DNA of 58,426 bases from Macrostomum lignano (Eukaryota), in the NCBI GenBank assembly GCA_002269645.1, contig NIVC01003035.1, forward strand, positions 1-58,426, written 5' to 3'. The notes beneath the pieces are model-generated. The model made no database searches. It was not told the DNA's origin and saw nothing but the letters and a program-made list of their open reading frames with translations. Shown here one piece after another: positions 55,890-58,426 of this stretch. Positions within the stretch are counted from its first letter, which is position 1, and each line of letters opens with the position of its first letter. The position numbers were made by a program, and so were the translations under genes.

Positions 55890-57160
55890 TAAATCTCACT
55901 AAGATTAAAGAATCTCCTTTAGATCTCACTAAGAGTCACCTTTAGATTTCACTAGGATCTCCCTTAGATCTCACTAAGGTTCTCCCTTAGATCTCTCTAA
56001 GAATCTCCCTTAGATCTCACTAAGGTTCTCCCTTAGATCTCACTAAGGTTCTCCCTTAGATCTCTCTAAGAATCTCCCTTAGATCTCACTAAGGTTCCCT
56101 TAGATCTCTCTAAGAATCTCCCTTAGATCTCTCTAAGAATCTCCCTTAGATCTCTCTAAGAATCTCCCTTAGATCTCACTAAGGTTCTCCCTTAGATCTC
56201 ACTAAGGTTCTCCCTTAGATCTCTCTAAGAATCTCCCTTAGATCTCACTAAGGTTCTCCCTTAGATCTCTCTAAGAATCTCCCTTAGATCTCACTAAGGT
56301 TCTCCCTTAGATCTCTCTAAGAATCTCCCTTAGATCTCACTAAGGTTCTCCCTTAGATCTCTCTAAGAATCTCCCTTAGATCTCACTAAGGTTCTCCCTT
56401 AGATCTCTCTTAGAATCTCCCTTAGATCTCACTAAGGTTCTCCCTTAGATCTCTCTAAGAATCTCCCTTAGATCTCACTAAGGTTCTCCCTTAGATCTCT
56501 CTAAGAATCTCCCTTAGATCTCACTAAGGTTCTCCCTTAGATCTCTCTAAGAATCTCCCTTAGATCTCACTAAGGTTCTCCCTTAGATCTCTCTAAGAAT
56601 CTCCCTTAGATCTCACTAAGGTTCTCCCTTAGATCTTTCTAAGAATCTCCCTTAGATCTCACTAAGGTTCTCCCTTAGATCTTTCTAAGAATCTCCTTAG
56701 ATCTCATTAGGAGTCTCCTTTAAATCTCACTAGGATCTCCCTTAGATCTTACTGAGAATCTCCTTAGATCTCACTGAGAAGCTCCCATAGATCTCACTAA
56801 GGCTCTCCCTTAGATCTCACTAAAATATCCTTTAGATCTCAATAGGAATCTCCTTTAGATTTCAATGAGAATCGCCCTTGAATCTCACTGAGAATCGCCT
56901 TTGGATCTCACTGAGAATCGTTCTAGAATCTCCTAAAGAACCGCCTTGAATCTCACTGAGAATCGCCTTTGATCTCACTGAGAATCGTTCTAGAATCTCC
57001 TAAAGAACCGCCTTGAATCTCACTGAGAATCGCCTTTGGATCTCACTGAGAATCGTTCTAGAATCTCCTAAAGAACCGCCCTTGAATCTCACTGAGAATC
57101 GCCTTTGGATCTCACTGAGAATCGTTCTGGAATCTCCTAAAGAACCGCCCTTGAATCTGA
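55890..57160. repeat. 23-bp minisatellite (46-bp dimer) grading into ~62-bp units; probably in a 5' intron of the Usp gene
   Basis: cttagatctcactaaggttctcc and cttagatctctctaagaatctcc. An acceptor-like CAG precedes the Usp ATG on the minus strand. Confidence 0.92.
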
Positions 57161-57719
57161 CGATTAGAATCGTAGACAACTAGTAAACTGAGTATTTAAA
57201 AGTACTTTTGCACTGAATAGAATGCAAAAGTTGTCACTTACGAGGCTTCAGTGTGCGATGATTTTCAAAAACTTTGAGGACAACAAAGGCTGCCTTGAAG
57301 TGTGCTGCGATCTCTACTGTACTCGAGATACAGTCCTTAGGAATCTCCCAAGCTCGAGCCTTCTCAAATATATTAGCTTACTGTGCAGTCAGCGTCTTGT
57401 GAGTTCATCCGCGAATAGGAAGAAGTCCAACTGTAAGCGGAGAGGGAGTGAAGGAGGGAGAGCCTGGGATCCCGAGCCTTTATCCCTCCGTTTCCTCGCC
57501 ACTGCCGGTTCGTGAAAGATTTTTTCGTTGATAGGAAACTTGCACAAAAATAGGAAATTGAGTTGCGTGTCAAGGATTTATCGGCATTATAATCCTATTA
57601 TAACTGGCTGGGGATGCGAGCGTTTCTGGGGAGATAAATGAGTATTTAAACGCATATCTAAAGTACATTCTGAAAGAAAAAACTTGTCATAACGAGTGGA
57701 ATCCAGTTTTAGCATCACT

Positions 57720-58426
57720 AATCAGTTTCGGTGTCACTAATCCCATTGTGGTGTCTCTAATCACGTTTCGGCGTCACTAATCCCATTGTGGTGTCAATAA
57801 TTCATTGTGGTGTCACTAATCCCGTTTAGGTGTCACTAATCCATTGTGGAGTCACTAATCCGTTTAGGTGTCACTAATCCATTGTGGTGTCAATAATTCC
57901 ATTGTGGTGTCACTAATCCCGTTTAGGTGTCACTAATCCCATTGTGGAGTCACTAATCCCGTTTAGGTGTCACTAATCCTTGTGGTGTCACTAATCACGT
58001 TTCGGCGTCACTAATCCATTGTGGGTGTCAATAATTCCATTGTGGTGTCACTAATCCCATTTTGGTGTCACTAATCCCATTGTGGTTTCACTAATACCAT
58101 TGTGGTGTCATAAATCCCATTTTGGTGTCACTAATCCCATTGTGGTTTCACTAATACCATTGTGGTGTCATAATCCATTTTGGTGTCACTAATCCCATTT
58201 TGGTTTCACTAATACCATTTAGGTGTCACTAATCCCATTTTGGTGTCACTAATCCCATTTTGGTTTCACTAATACCGATTGTGGTGTCACTAATCCCATT
58301 TTGGTGTCACTAATCCCATTGTGGTGTCACTAATCCATTGTGGTGTCACTAATCCCATTGTGGTGTCACTAAATCCCATTTTGGTGTCACTATCCCATTT
58401 TGGTTTCACTAATACCATTGTGGTGT
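57720..58426. repeat. 20-21-bp minisatellite running off the window end
   Basis: gtcactaatcccattgtggt units with many indels. Confidence 0.92.

Overview
Eukaryotic (animal) genomic DNA. GC-rich exons, minisatellite-filled introns, a Usp gene and an F-type lectin fit a lophotrochozoan, for example a Macrostomum-like flatworm; this is inference only. (1) 1 to ~11.4 kb is the right part of an endogenous Polinton/adintovirus-like virus: A32-type packaging ATPase, minor capsid/penton, adenain-like protease, discoidin-tipped fibre, membrane protein, convergent protein-primed PolB and two accessory ORFs. Its frameshifts mostly sit in homopolymer runs. (2) 18688-26389 is a 7.7-kb DNA transposon whose terminal inverted repeats are tandem arrays of a 161-bp unit (~9 copies left, ~15 right). 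It lies between AAA and TTT with no target-site duplication and encodes one intact 978-aa protein: zinc finger + HTH + PIF/ISL2EU-type DDE transposase + degenerate SWIM + C-terminal USP (C19) deubiquitinase-like domain with the catalytic Cys/His/Asp retained. This is the most unusual object in the window. (3) 26.9-34 kb holds an F-type lectin gene, a deleted Tc1 element, a tRNA-derived SINE and a probable Helitron-like repeat. (4) 33-58 kb holds host genes MCM7 (8 exons), a RING E3 ligase, a divergent CNOT9/RCD1 and a universal-stress-protein gene. Almost every intron there is filled by its own tandem repeat, and some repeats copy the splice site itself. All homology calls come from motif recognition; no searches were run.
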